UHGV virus genome: UHGV-0106651
Length of the DNA: 18,055 bases
Source of the DNA: a virus
Strand: one strand, 5' to 3'
Shown here piece by piece: positions 8,982 through 16,876 of this stretch. Numbering within the stretch: position 1 is the first letter of the stretch; each line of letters opens with the position of its first letter. Below the pieces are notes generated by a model. The model was not told the DNA's origin and did not search any database. It saw only the letters and a program-made list of their open reading frames with translations. Made by a program: the position numbers and the translations under genes.

Positions 8982-10410
8982 CTGCCCCCTCACTATCAGA
9001 GGAGTTTTCTACTAACGAATAATATATTTCATCATTATCATCATTAATGGCGTTAATTACCTCATCAAAAGTTACAGCATGAATTCCTTCATTTGATTTT
9101 TGCATTTCATTTACAGAACCGCCATCAAATAAATAAGCAGCAACCATGTTAGAATCTAAAATTGAGTCGATGCTAATTCCTTGCTTACGCATTACAGTGT
9201 TTCGTTTTTCAATCATATTTTCAGAAACGCCATGAAGCATCATTAAGCTATTGATTTCCTTGACAAAATAATCACTGTGAGTACTAACAACAACCCGAAT
9301 ACCAGAGTTAACTAATTTTGCCAAAAATCTTGCAATTACTCGCTGATTTGACGGGTGTAAATTTAACTCTGGTTCGTCAATCATTAGAATGTCACCAACT
9401 TTTGCTTGATGTTCTAAATAAAACCATAAACCAAACAAACTCTTAACAGTAGATGACGATAAATGAAGATCAATTTTTTTGCTTGCAGGTGTTTTACCTT
9501 TCTTATATGTAGAAAAGTAAATTTGCCCTTCAGGATCAACCGAATATTTCCCTGATATTATTTTTTTTACTTCTTCTGCCAACTTATGAAATTGGCCATT
9601 TTTATTTTTTCTATTTACCTTAATCTCATTTAGCCAGTCTATATAATTTGCTATAGGAGCAGAATATCTTGACTTCATTACATCCATTAACAGTGAATTA
9701 AGATCGAATTGCTCTTTTGAAGCATGATGCAATAATGTAGTTCTTCTAGAGCTTAATTCATTAAAAAAAAGATGCAATCCATTCCTTTCAGCAGGAATTA
9801 AGAAGGCCGGACTTTCATCATGCTCGATTTTTAATAACTGACTTAGAGTCAAATTTATAAACCCGTCTACTCTTGGAAAAACAGAATCTAGCAGCGTCAT
9901 TTGTATGATATTACTGTTTTCATCTTTGGATAATAGCATTACTTCTTTTTTGCCAGTTCCTATGACGAGGCTAACATCCAGTTTTTTTTCATAAACACTT
10001 GATGTTAATGACTCTTCATCAATAACCCAGTCAAATGTTGAATTAGAAAAAATCTCATTATCATTAGTACTAAACACATCCCTCAGCATTAAAGATGAGC
10101 TTTTATTAAACTCTTTTTTAATTAACGTGAAGTTATTTTTTATCCAGTCAATCACATCTAACTCAAACTTGCCATTTTCACGAAGAGTTTTGGCAAAGTT
10201 TGCTACTTGTGGCAATTTTAAAGATGGTGATGGCATATTTAGGAAGCCATATAACCCATACATAACCCATGTTTTACCAGTGTTATTCTTCCCACATAAA
10301 AGAGTTAAAGGTTTTGCATTAATCTCTCCTGCAGAGATACACCCAATATTTTTAAATGAAAACTTCCATGATGCTAATTTACTTACATTAATTTCACTTT
10401 GCTTTTTCAT
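8974..10410 (-). CDS. ABC-type ATPase of the AAA_21/AAA_15 (OLD/SMC-like) kind, 478 aa; first gene of the cargo operon
   Basis: Walker A LLCGKNNTGKT near the N-terminus, signature-like HLSSSTVKSL, Walker B ILMIDEPELNLHP, H-loop VVVSTHSD. Strong ribosome-binding site AAGGAAG 5 nt before the ATG. Roughly one-third GC by eye, against a visibly GC-richer phage backbone. Confidence 0.8.
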   Translation of the reverse strand: MKKQSEINVSKLASWKFSFKNIGCISAGEINAKPLTLLCGKNNTGKTWVMYGLYGFLNMPSPSLKLPQVANFAKTLRENGKFELDVIDWIKNNFTLIKKEFNKSSSLMLRDVFSTNDNEIFSNSTFDWVIDEESLTSSVYEKKLDVSLVIGTGKKEVMLLSKDENSNIIQMTLLDSVFPRVDGFINLTLSQLLKIEHDESPAFLIPAERNGLHLFFNELSSRRTTLLHHASKEQFDLNSLLMDVMKSRYSAPIANYIDWLNEIKVNRKNKNGQFHKLAEEVKKIISGKYSVDPEGQIYFSTYKKGKTPASKKIDLHLSSSTVKSLFGLWFYLEHQAKVGDILMIDEPELNLHPSNQRVIARFLAKLVNSGIRVVVSTHSDYFVKEINSLMMLHGVSENMIEKRNTVMRKQGISIDSILDSNMVAAYLFDGGSVNEMQKSNEGIHAVTFDEVINAINDDNDEIYYSLVENSSDSEGADE

Positions 10411-10670
10411 TGAACTTCCTTAATCAATCACATACAAATAAAGAAGACCATTGTTCATGTGAAAAATCAATACTTTCGATACTATACTAAATGACTACGA
10501 ACAATAGTGCTTCACTCTCCACCAATCCTGATAGGTTAAGATATATGGGCTGTTTTCTCAAACTTGCCGCGCTGTACTGAGCCTCCTGTATAAGTCATTT
10601 AATATAATGCGCATCCTAACTCTGAAACAGTAAGTTTATCTGTGCTACATTTCCGTTTTGCATGCGCGCA

Positions 10671-10689
10671 GTGCTTTCCCCGCCTCGCC
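10671..10689. other. cos: cos site: the 19-nt cohesive-end sequence of P2/186-type phages (present here as the reverse complement)
   Basis: GTGCTTTCCCCGCCTCGCC at 10671-10689 is the exact reverse complement of GGCGAGGCGGGGAAAGCAC, remembered as the P2 cohesive end. It lies between A and Q as expected for a prophage. Confidence 0.8.
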
Positions 10690-10811
10690 CGCCCGCTTCG
10701 CGGGTCACATTTAATGCAGTTGCATAAAGGCGTCAAAACCACACCGGTACTGGCAACAAGTGACCATAAAAACGGCTTTTGGCACATGCAAAACAATGCA
10801 CCTAATGCACG

Positions 10812-10841
10812 CACACAAAAACGGGGAAAGTCGCTTCCCCC
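10812..10841 (-). terminator. Rho-independent terminator downstream of the 174-aa gene
   Basis: On the minus strand, a GGGGAA/TTCCCC stem with a short loop is followed by GTTTTTGTGTG, about 12 nt after the stop of the 10852..11376 ORF. Confidence 0.6.
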
Positions 10842-10851
10842 ACAAACATTA

Positions 10852-11376
10852 TCAACGCACCGGAATGTAAGATTCAAGGTCTCTGATTACGGCTTGTTTC
10901 AGTGCTTCAGATACAGCCTCAAGTTCTGGCAATGCTGGCTTTTCACTTAAGTTCGTTTCGAATTCCCCGCTTCCTATTACTAGCGTAAAGCCATTTCCAT
11001 CACGTAGCAGTTTCAAAGGAATAATCACGTTTAACTTAGGATGAGCAACCGGTGACTTATCCACTGTAAGGCCAATAAAAAATGACAAAATCCCATCTGC
11101 ATCAGGCAACAGATCGTGTAACTGAACTTTAGATTTTTCACCATCTTTAATTGCAGCGACAAAAACATAATTTTCAGTGGGGTTTTGCCCTGGATAGCCC
11201 CAGCAAGTTTGCTCAAGCTCAAGCGACCCCTCAAAGTTTTTCGCAATCAGCCCAACAATATTTTGTAAACGCTCTTTTTCCTCTCTCTGTAACCGAACGA
11301 TTTCAATATACTTATCTCTTATAGTCTGAAAAGTAATCACTTTAATCTCCTGAAACGGTTTACACAGAAACAGCAT
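10852..11376 (-). CDS. Hypothetical protein, 174 aa; orphan cargo gene on the replication-gene side of cos
   Basis: Uninterrupted ORF with a purine-rich stretch (AGGGGG) before the ATG and its own terminator downstream. No recognisable motifs. GC appears intermediate between the backbone and the ATPase operon. Confidence 0.6.
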   Translation of the reverse strand: MLFLCKPFQEIKVITFQTIRDKYIEIVRLQREEKERLQNIVGLIAKNFEGSLELEQTCWGYPGQNPTENYVFVAAIKDGEKSKVQLHDLLPDADGILSFFIGLTVDKSPVAHPKLNVIIPLKLLRDGNGFTLVIGSGEFETNLSEKPALPELEAVSEALKQAVIRDLESYIPVR

Positions 11377-11439
11377 TTAACCCCCTGATAATATTTCTTT
11401 CAATAATTTTCCTAACACCAAACTGCGCTCGTGGTTCAA

Positions 11440-11478
11440 CCCCGCCAGCCCTGAAAACAAGTTTCACGACTGGCGGGG
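11440..11478 (-). terminator. GC-rich stem-loop just downstream of the 68-aa ORF; possible terminator of the A-containing operon
   Basis: CCCCGCCAG (11440-11448) pairs with CTGGCGGGG (11470-11478); the loop contains a nested TGAAA/TTTCA stem. No clean U-tract follows, so terminator function is uncertain. Confidence 0.4.
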
Positions 11479-11482
11479 TTCT

Positions 11483-11689
11483 CTATCGTCTGCGTGGTGC
11501 TGGCATAACTCTGGACTGACTGATATAGCTAAACCGCCCGTAATTATCCCGGACTATTTCGGCACACCCGACTAGCTCATCGGGCGTCAGATTTTCGTTG
11601 ACCATAATCTGCTGTAGACGCTGAACAATGGCCATCAGCTTGGCGCTTTTGGCGTTATGCTGCGGTATCTCGCCTGGTATTCTGTGCAT
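11483..11689 (-). CDS. Hypothetical small protein, 68 aa, translationally coupled to the upstream DUF3850-like gene
   Basis: ATG at 11687-11689 (reverse complement) overlaps the upstream TAA stop as TAATG. The track ORF 11483..11701 has an earlier in-frame ATG; the coupled start is preferred. Confidence 0.45.
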   Translation of the reverse strand: MHRIPGEIPQHNAKSAKLMAIVQRLQQIMVNENLTPDELVGCAEIVRDNYGRFSYISQSRVMPAPRRR

Positions 11690-12141
11690 TATCCAAGCCA
11701 CCCGTTTTGCTGTGCACGCTCCACCTGTTCATCTGAATAGTTCCATGCTCCATCCGTGGCAACCATTGCCCCGCCAGACATCCCCGTCTCTGGTTCATAC
11801 ATAACAGCAAGGCCGAGCTGATGCATAATTTCATGATTAATTCTGAATATCAGGCCACGCTCACTAAGTTCTTTCCAGTTCACAATCTCATATGCACCTG
11901 TATTAAGCAGCTCAATACTTAGCAAGACATAATCTTCCAGCCAGTCTGACAGGTCAGTAACATCTGTTATCCGGGCTTCAACCTTTCGCCCCGTATACAC
12001 ACCCTGCACCCATTCACGCAAAATCAACGTGTCCCGGCGCTCATAATTACGGTCATTTTTCCGAAACTCTGCACGTTTATGTCCTTCCAGCACAAGGTCG
12101 AAATATTTTGCGTGAAGCTTTACCTCGTGAATTTTTGCCAT
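11689..12141 (-). CDS. DUF3850-like (ASCH/PUA-like fold) protein with a C-terminal HExxH-containing extension, 150 aa
   Basis: Start MAKIHEVKLHAKYFDLVLEGHKRAEFRKNDRNYERRDTLILREW resembles the remembered DUF3850 consensus. C-terminal part contains INHEIMHQLG. Its ATG overlaps the A stop (TAATG). Confidence 0.6.
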   Translation of the reverse strand: MAKIHEVKLHAKYFDLVLEGHKRAEFRKNDRNYERRDTLILREWVQGVYTGRKVEARITDVTDLSDWLEDYVLLSIELLNTGAYEIVNWKELSERGLIFRINHEIMHQLGLAVMYEPETGMSGGAMVATDGAWNYSDEQVERAQQNGWLG

Positions 12142-14426
12142 TATGTCCACTCCATTACTGTTGAGAATCCCAGCCACTCATCAGCGACCGGATACGTGAA
12201 TTTTTTCCCGTCGTAATTTACGGTCGCGCCACGCACCAGCGCCTCAAGCTCCCATCGCTGCGGCCTGATACCGTTCTGAGCAAGGTCAACGCGGATACGG
12301 GTGATTTGCAATCGTTCAGACCTGGTCAGTCTGGCAGATGGTGCAATTTCATGCGGTTTTAACGGGATTCCGTTTCTTTGCTGACGATTTGGTGTTCTCA
12401 GTCCGTGTTTTAATGCGCCCCTGAGCGCCATCACGACCTCCGGGTCACTCCATTCGATAACACCGTCATCTACCAGATTAAGCACTGCTGCGGCGTGCTC
12501 AGAAGGTGTGGGAGCCGGTAACGAAGTATCACCACCGGTGAGCTTTCCACAGTTATTGACAGGACTCCGAGGCGCGGCGATGCCGCTTTTTAAAGTCAAA
12601 GGCTCCACGACCGGCACTTTCGGCACAATGCGCCAGTCCGTCGTTCTGGTGATATGAATATGACGCGCGCCGAGATGCGGCGCGTAAATGCCGACCACTC
12701 TCTCGACCTCTTCCTCGTACTCGTTAACGTCATCCGACGAGCTACGGGCAACCCTGACAGTCTGACAATCGCGCGGGACATTTGCCCCACCCTGCGCGCT
12801 GATATACAGCGCAAAATCGCCACTGTCTGCGGCAGCGCGTGCAGCCTCGACGCGTTCGTCAAACTCATCAGCAATGCTGACACCGCGGGGCAATTTGCGT
12901 AGTTCACGGTAAGCCCCCATTGTCGGCAGGCCAACAGTTTTAAATTGTGGGATACGCCACGTTGACGCCCATGCGGTAACAGCCGCAGCAGTATCTTTCA
13001 GTGGCCTGCCGGTATCGTTATCGAGCTGACCATCCAGTGCATAGCCATCGATGTTTTTTGAGATGTATTTCGCGATATACCCCGCAGCACCGCCCCGATT
13101 AAGATGTTTTGCCTGAAAACGGTTTCGCGCGGCTCCTCTTTCGTCGCCATCCTCTTTAAGCGCATAGCGACGCATGATTTCGATAATCTGGTTACGCTGG
13201 CGTGGATTACAAAAAAGCATCATATGCCAGTGCGGCGTTCCGTCGTGGTGTGGCTCGACGACTCGCAAACCGTAGACCTGTAAATCATTATCCTTGAATG
13301 CCGTGCGCATCAGGCTCCAGATGCGGCAGAGATAACGCTGCGCATCCTTTGGATTAAATGCCTCATCGTTCCAGCCGTGATTAAGCTGGACGGTTTTACT
13401 TTCGCCTTTTCTGACCTGACGTGTCGGGTGATACTTTGACGGCGCGGTCAGCGTGATAAACATCCCCACATCACCCTCTGCGGCAGCGTAACGCTCAATA
13501 CCGGCGATGGTGTTCATCAGCTCCATCCGGCGAATTTCTGGATTAGAAATACTGCCCATCACCTTACTGATAAGGTCGATGCGCTCGCCGGTTTCCCTGT
13601 TTTCAAGGTCACACGATTTAAGAAATTCCAGATTTGCCTGGCGGCGCGCACGCACATCACGAATGGCATGTTTACTGGCATAAGGAGAACGGTCTTTATT
13701 GACCTCCCCGACAGCAATCAGTAACGCCTCATGCCAGCGCATACGCTGGCCTTTAAGCTGATGAGTCCACCATTCATCGTTAAACAGACGGGCAATGGCA
13801 GAATATGCCTGCCTCGTGGTCATCTGCCCTTTACGGTATTTTTTCAAGTAGAGCGGGGAAATATTGAAAGCACGTGCAGCGCCAGCAACATGACCATACA
13901 GGTGAGCCTGCGCCTCATCCGTAAACAGCGATTCTTTTTCGCCATGGGCATCCACCCAGGCATCGCAGAGTTCCTCATACATCATGAAAAGCTGCGATGA
14001 GATACGGGCGGCAAATTTTTTCAGCTCCTTGTCATTCATTCCCGGCAGGCGCGCATAGTGGTCACGCTCTGCCAGAAACAGTAACGACGCGTCGGTGTTC
14101 ATTTCATGGCGCTGATTCACGCGCTCAATGCGCGGCCATAAACGACGCTGAAAAGTGGCTGTGAGGAAATAAAACCCGTGCACCGGGCTTTTATTGCGCC
14201 GGATGTAGTCATAGCGTGAAGTAAACAGCGAGCGCAAAAAGTAAGGCAGGCGATTAATCGTGGATAAAACACCTTGCACCTGACGCATCTCGTCACGTGT
14301 AAGGGGTCTTTCGCGCCCGACGGCCTCGCGTGGCGCGTTCCATGCATAAGCACCGGTAAACGTCTCACCGGTGCCTGCGGCAAATGCTGACGGAGGGACA
14401 AAACGCCCGGAGGCTTTAACGGCCAT
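12141..14426 (-). CDS. A: Replication initiation protein gpA (rolling-circle HUH endonuclease), 761 aa
   Basis: Start at the ATG giving MAVKASGRFVPPSAFAAGTGE, 761 aa as in P2 gpA. HUH motif TPHWHMMLF and tyrosine-pair region YIAKYISK are present. Confidence 0.9.
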   Translation of the reverse strand: MAVKASGRFVPPSAFAAGTGETFTGAYAWNAPREAVGRERPLTRDEMRQVQGVLSTINRLPYFLRSLFTSRYDYIRRNKSPVHGFYFLTATFQRRLWPRIERVNQRHEMNTDASLLFLAERDHYARLPGMNDKELKKFAARISSQLFMMYEELCDAWVDAHGEKESLFTDEAQAHLYGHVAGAARAFNISPLYLKKYRKGQMTTRQAYSAIARLFNDEWWTHQLKGQRMRWHEALLIAVGEVNKDRSPYASKHAIRDVRARRQANLEFLKSCDLENRETGERIDLISKVMGSISNPEIRRMELMNTIAGIERYAAAEGDVGMFITLTAPSKYHPTRQVRKGESKTVQLNHGWNDEAFNPKDAQRYLCRIWSLMRTAFKDNDLQVYGLRVVEPHHDGTPHWHMMLFCNPRQRNQIIEIMRRYALKEDGDERGAARNRFQAKHLNRGGAAGYIAKYISKNIDGYALDGQLDNDTGRPLKDTAAAVTAWASTWRIPQFKTVGLPTMGAYRELRKLPRGVSIADEFDERVEAARAAADSGDFALYISAQGGANVPRDCQTVRVARSSSDDVNEYEEEVERVVGIYAPHLGARHIHITRTTDWRIVPKVPVVEPLTLKSGIAAPRSPVNNCGKLTGGDTSLPAPTPSEHAAAVLNLVDDGVIEWSDPEVVMALRGALKHGLRTPNRQQRNGIPLKPHEIAPSARLTRSERLQITRIRVDLAQNGIRPQRWELEALVRGATVNYDGKKFTYPVADEWLGFSTVMEWT

Positions 14427-14691
14427 ATGAGCCAAAAGCCTCTGAACAACGCTTGCTGAGTTGCTCAACCTGCGCGTTTAAATCAGCAAAAGACTTTGCG
14501 CTTCCGGTCAGAATATCGTGATGCATCAGGCCGGAAACGAGCTGGCTTAATTTCGGGTAATAACCAACCACCGCCAGCCATTCCTGACCGGCGTTTTTAC
14601 CGCTTTCAGCTCTCTTTTTCTCGTGGAGAATAAACTGAAAGCTGTCACAGGTAACGACATAACGTTCGCCAATTTCTATACGAATACTCAT
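14416..14691 (-). CDS. Small early protein, 91 aa, immediately upstream of A (resembles the small ORFs between B and A in P2)
   Basis: ORF overlapping the A start by 11 nt, in the same orientation and operon. Confidence 0.6.
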   Translation of the reverse strand: MSIRIEIGERYVVTCDSFQFILHEKKRAESGKNAGQEWLAVVGYYPKLSQLVSGLMHHDILTGSAKSFADLNAQVEQLSKRCSEAFGSYGR

Positions 14692-14912
14692 GCCGTTCTC
14701 CGGTAATGTTTGTTTTTTGCTTCAAAGACTGACTGACAGGAAACACAACGCGTGGCTGACGGATAAGCCGCACGACGGGCAGCAGGTATTGGCGCGTCAC
14801 ACTCTTCGCAAACCAGCGCAGAAGCACCGCAATGTTTTACCCTTGCCGCGTTAATCTGGCGCTCCAGTAATTCAGCCTGTTGTTCCTGAATAAAATCTAC
14901 GTTGTCCGGCAT
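14688..14912 (-). CDS. TraR/DksA-family C4 zinc-finger protein, 74 aa
   Basis: CxxC-N17-CxxC pattern (CEECDAPIPAARRAAYPSATRCVSC) typical of TraR/DksA zinc fingers. Stop/start overlap with the flanking small ORFs. Confidence 0.7.
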   Translation of the reverse strand: MPDNVDFIQEQQAELLERQINAARVKHCGASALVCEECDAPIPAARRAAYPSATRCVSCQSVFEAKNKHYRRTA

Positions 14913-14914
14913 TA

Positions 14915-15217
14915 TCAGCTCCTTTTATCGTTCAGTTTCTTAAATTCATCAGCGCAATAGCTGGCGATTTCTGTCATTAATTTCGTCAGTTCATCCACGG
15001 AAGAGATTTGCTTGTGAAAAACAGCGCGTTTAACAAGTAAATTAACCACATCAGACAGTAGGTTTAATTCATTCTGATAAATCGCGATAACAGATTCAGT
15101 TATGTCGCGTTTTCCTTTATCAAGACAAAGTTGAATAAGAGACAAATCACCATTTTCCATAACGGCGATTTTTAAGGCGTTATTCAGTAATACAACTGAA
15201 TGAGAACGGGACATCAA
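14915..15217 (-). CDS. Small early protein, 100 aa, hypothetical
   Basis: ORF in the B-to-A early operon; its start overlaps the upstream ORF stop at 15214-15217. Confidence 0.55.
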   Translation of the reverse strand: MMSRSHSVVLLNNALKIAVMENGDLSLIQLCLDKGKRDITESVIAIYQNELNLLSDVVNLLVKRAVFHKQISSVDELTKLMTEIASYCADEFKKLNDKRS

Positions 15218-15438
15218 AGTACCTCCCCGCGAGACAATCCGATATTGTGAAATTTTTCCGACTCCTGACTGAGCAGCTCGACTATCTCCACGCGGGATAA
15301 CTCCGCCTTTGTGATGTGGCGAATCATGGCGTCAAGATGAGAAGAAAAGCGCGTCGCAGCGTCGGCCTGTGCTTCGGTTCTGGCCTGTTGCAGCAGTAAT
15401 GCGTATTTACCGCACTGATTTTCAGAAACTGTATGCAT
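15214..15438 (-). CDS. Small early protein, 74 aa, hypothetical
   Basis: ORF directly downstream of B in the same operon. Confidence 0.55.
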   Translation of the reverse strand: MHTVSENQCGKYALLLQQARTEAQADAATRFSSHLDAMIRHITKAELSRVEIVELLSQESEKFHNIGLSRGEVL

Positions 15439-15501
15439 GACTTTCTCCAGGCAAAAAGAAGCCCCGCACGATTAAGTGCGTTAAAAACTCTGGTTAATTA
15501 T

Positions 15502-16002
15502 TTAATGCAGATATTGCTCTGGTTTTACCGACGTCAGAATTGTCGGTGCATACTCAAACAGGCTGAATAATTCACGTAATGCACGGAATAAAGCATCACG
15601 CCAGTAACATGATTCTTCATTAATTCGCCAGTATGGCTGGTTAAATTCTTTTTCAGTCAATCCGGCATGCATAAATAAAGTACGGCGCTGACTGACTGTT
15701 AAAAAACTAATATATGCATACTCACTTGCGCCAACCTGACGGCGTTTTGAGAATGCGCCACGCAATTCATCAATTGCACATACCAGTCGTTCACGTTCGA
15801 CGTCGTTCATTTCTTCAAAACGCATCGTTGCGTGACGCTGTTTTAACTGCGCATGGAAGCAAACCGTTAGCCGTTCACGTTCCATCATCTGATTATAATA
15901 ATCGCATGTATCCTGCCAGCGAGGGACGGCCAGATGCTTACCAATTATCCGGCGCATAGCTGCTGGCTGTTTTTCAACAAGATTGAGCGTCATCACTGTC
16001 AT
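15502..16002 (-). CDS. B: Replication protein gpB (helicase-loader-like), 166 aa
   Basis: 166-aa product starting MTVMTLNLVEKQPAAMRRIIGKHLAVPRWQDT, same length and position as P2 gpB. Confidence 0.85.
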   Translation of the reverse strand: MTVMTLNLVEKQPAAMRRIIGKHLAVPRWQDTCDYYNQMMERERLTVCFHAQLKQRHATMRFEEMNDVERERLVCAIDELRGAFSKRRQVGASEYAYISFLTVSQRRTLFMHAGLTEKEFNQPYWRINEESCYWRDALFRALRELFSLFEYAPTILTSVKPEQYLH

Positions 16003-16193
16003 TTCCAGACCCTCCGGCTTTTCAGAAAGGTCAGAGCCTTTTTTAACGGACTCTGTTTTTTGGTGCGGATAATGATTCCCTTACGCCCCTTACCGTGGGT
16101 GATGGTGAAGTCAATCGCCCTGGGGCTTTCGTTACGCAATAACTGAGCAATACAACGAGGCTCATTCATACGGTTCTCCTTAACGTGGTTCAC
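15999..16193 (-). CDS. Small ORF between cox and B (64 aa, or 56 aa from the internal ATG at 16169)
   Basis: Short basic ORF in the position of the small ORF that follows cox in P2. Start codon choice is ambiguous; the longer form overlaps the cox stop. Confidence 0.45.
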   Translation of the reverse strand: MNHVKENRMNEPRCIAQLLRNESPRAIDFTITHGKGRKGIIIRTKKQSPLKKALTFLKSRRVWK

Positions 16194-16455
16194 CGAGACC
16201 TAACCACATCAACCAGCCGTCACGAATCTCTTTAGGGCGGCTTTCATAAGCCAGTTTTAGTCCGTTATTCCATGCCGGAAGGTATACCCAATATTCACCA
16301 GCACGCCCCGATACTGACTGAGGGTCAGTAATCTCAATAACTGGTAATTTCCCTTTCTCAATCATGCCCCTAACAGCTCTTGGAGTTTTACCAATGAGTT
16401 TTGCAAACTCCTGATAAGGCACGGCATCAGTCACGCTTACAAGCTGTCTATTCAT
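16180..16455 (-). CDS. cox: Cox (excisionase and transcriptional regulator of the lysis-lysogeny switch), 91 aa
   Basis: 91 aa, with a C-terminal two-thirds (GRAGEYWVYLPAWNNGLKLAYESRPKEIRDGWLMWLGLGEPR) matching remembered P2 Cox. AAGGGAGAA ribosome-binding site upstream. Confidence 0.85.
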   Translation of the reverse strand: MNRQLVSVTDAVPYQEFAKLIGKTPRAVRGMIEKGKLPVIEITDPQSVSGRAGEYWVYLPAWNNGLKLAYESRPKEIRDGWLMWLGLGEPR

Positions 16456-16576
16456 CTGCTACGATTCTCCCTTAGTGCTTCTAATGGCTCCTAATGGCTA
16501 ATTATTGCCTAAAAGGATAACTCCAGAAGCACAACATTTCACACTATCAGCAAGAAATTACGCAATCGGAGTAATT
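16456..16576. promoter_or_regulatory. Immunity switch region: divergent early (cox-ward) and repressor (C-ward) promoters with tandem direct repeats as candidate operators
   Basis: Intergenic region between divergent cox and C. Direct repeat CTAATGGCT at 16481-16489 and 16491-16499. Confidence 0.55.
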
Positions 16577-16876
16577 ATGTCAATAGACGTTTCGGAGAAG
16601 TTGAAGCTAATCCGTGAATCTGAAAGGTTAAACCGTAAAGAATTCAGTGAATTAACTGGTGTAGCCTACAGCTCACTTTCGAGCTATGAGAGCCGGTCAA
16701 AAAACGCTGGAGTTGAAGCCATAATGAAGGTCTTACAACATCCTAGATTTACTAAATATACTTTGTGGTTCATGACTGATCAGGTAGCTCCAGAAGCCGG
16801 GCAAATTGCGCCCGCTCTCGCACACTTTGGGCAAAACGAAACAACGTCGCCCCACTCCGGTCAAAAGACTGGTTAA
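16577..16876 (+). CDS. C: Immunity repressor C, 99 aa
   Basis: Start at ATG 16577 (MSIDVSEKLKLIRESERLNRKEF) with GGAG ribosome-binding site. The C-terminal half (FTKYTLWFMTDQVAPEAGQIAPALAHFGQNETTSPHSGQKTG) matches remembered P2 C; the N-terminal DNA-binding half differs. Confidence 0.85.
   Translation: MSIDVSEKLKLIRESERLNRKEFSELTGVAYSSLSSYESRSKNAGVEAIMKVLQHPRFTKYTLWFMTDQVAPEAGQIAPALAHFGQNETTSPHSGQKTG

Noticed and set aside
8350-10670. Possible IS element or transposon carrying the ATPase operon
   Set aside because: No transposase-like ORF and no terminal inverted repeats flanking the cassette were seen; the TTAGCCCTAG copies are all at one end. Insertion by recombination is more likely.
10599-10950. 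Two overlapping ORFs (92 aa minus, 102 aa plus) spanning the cos site
   Set aside because: They cross the cohesive-end site and the terminator hairpin, have no ribosome-binding site, and have low-complexity translations; the region is better explained as the non-coding cos/terminator region.
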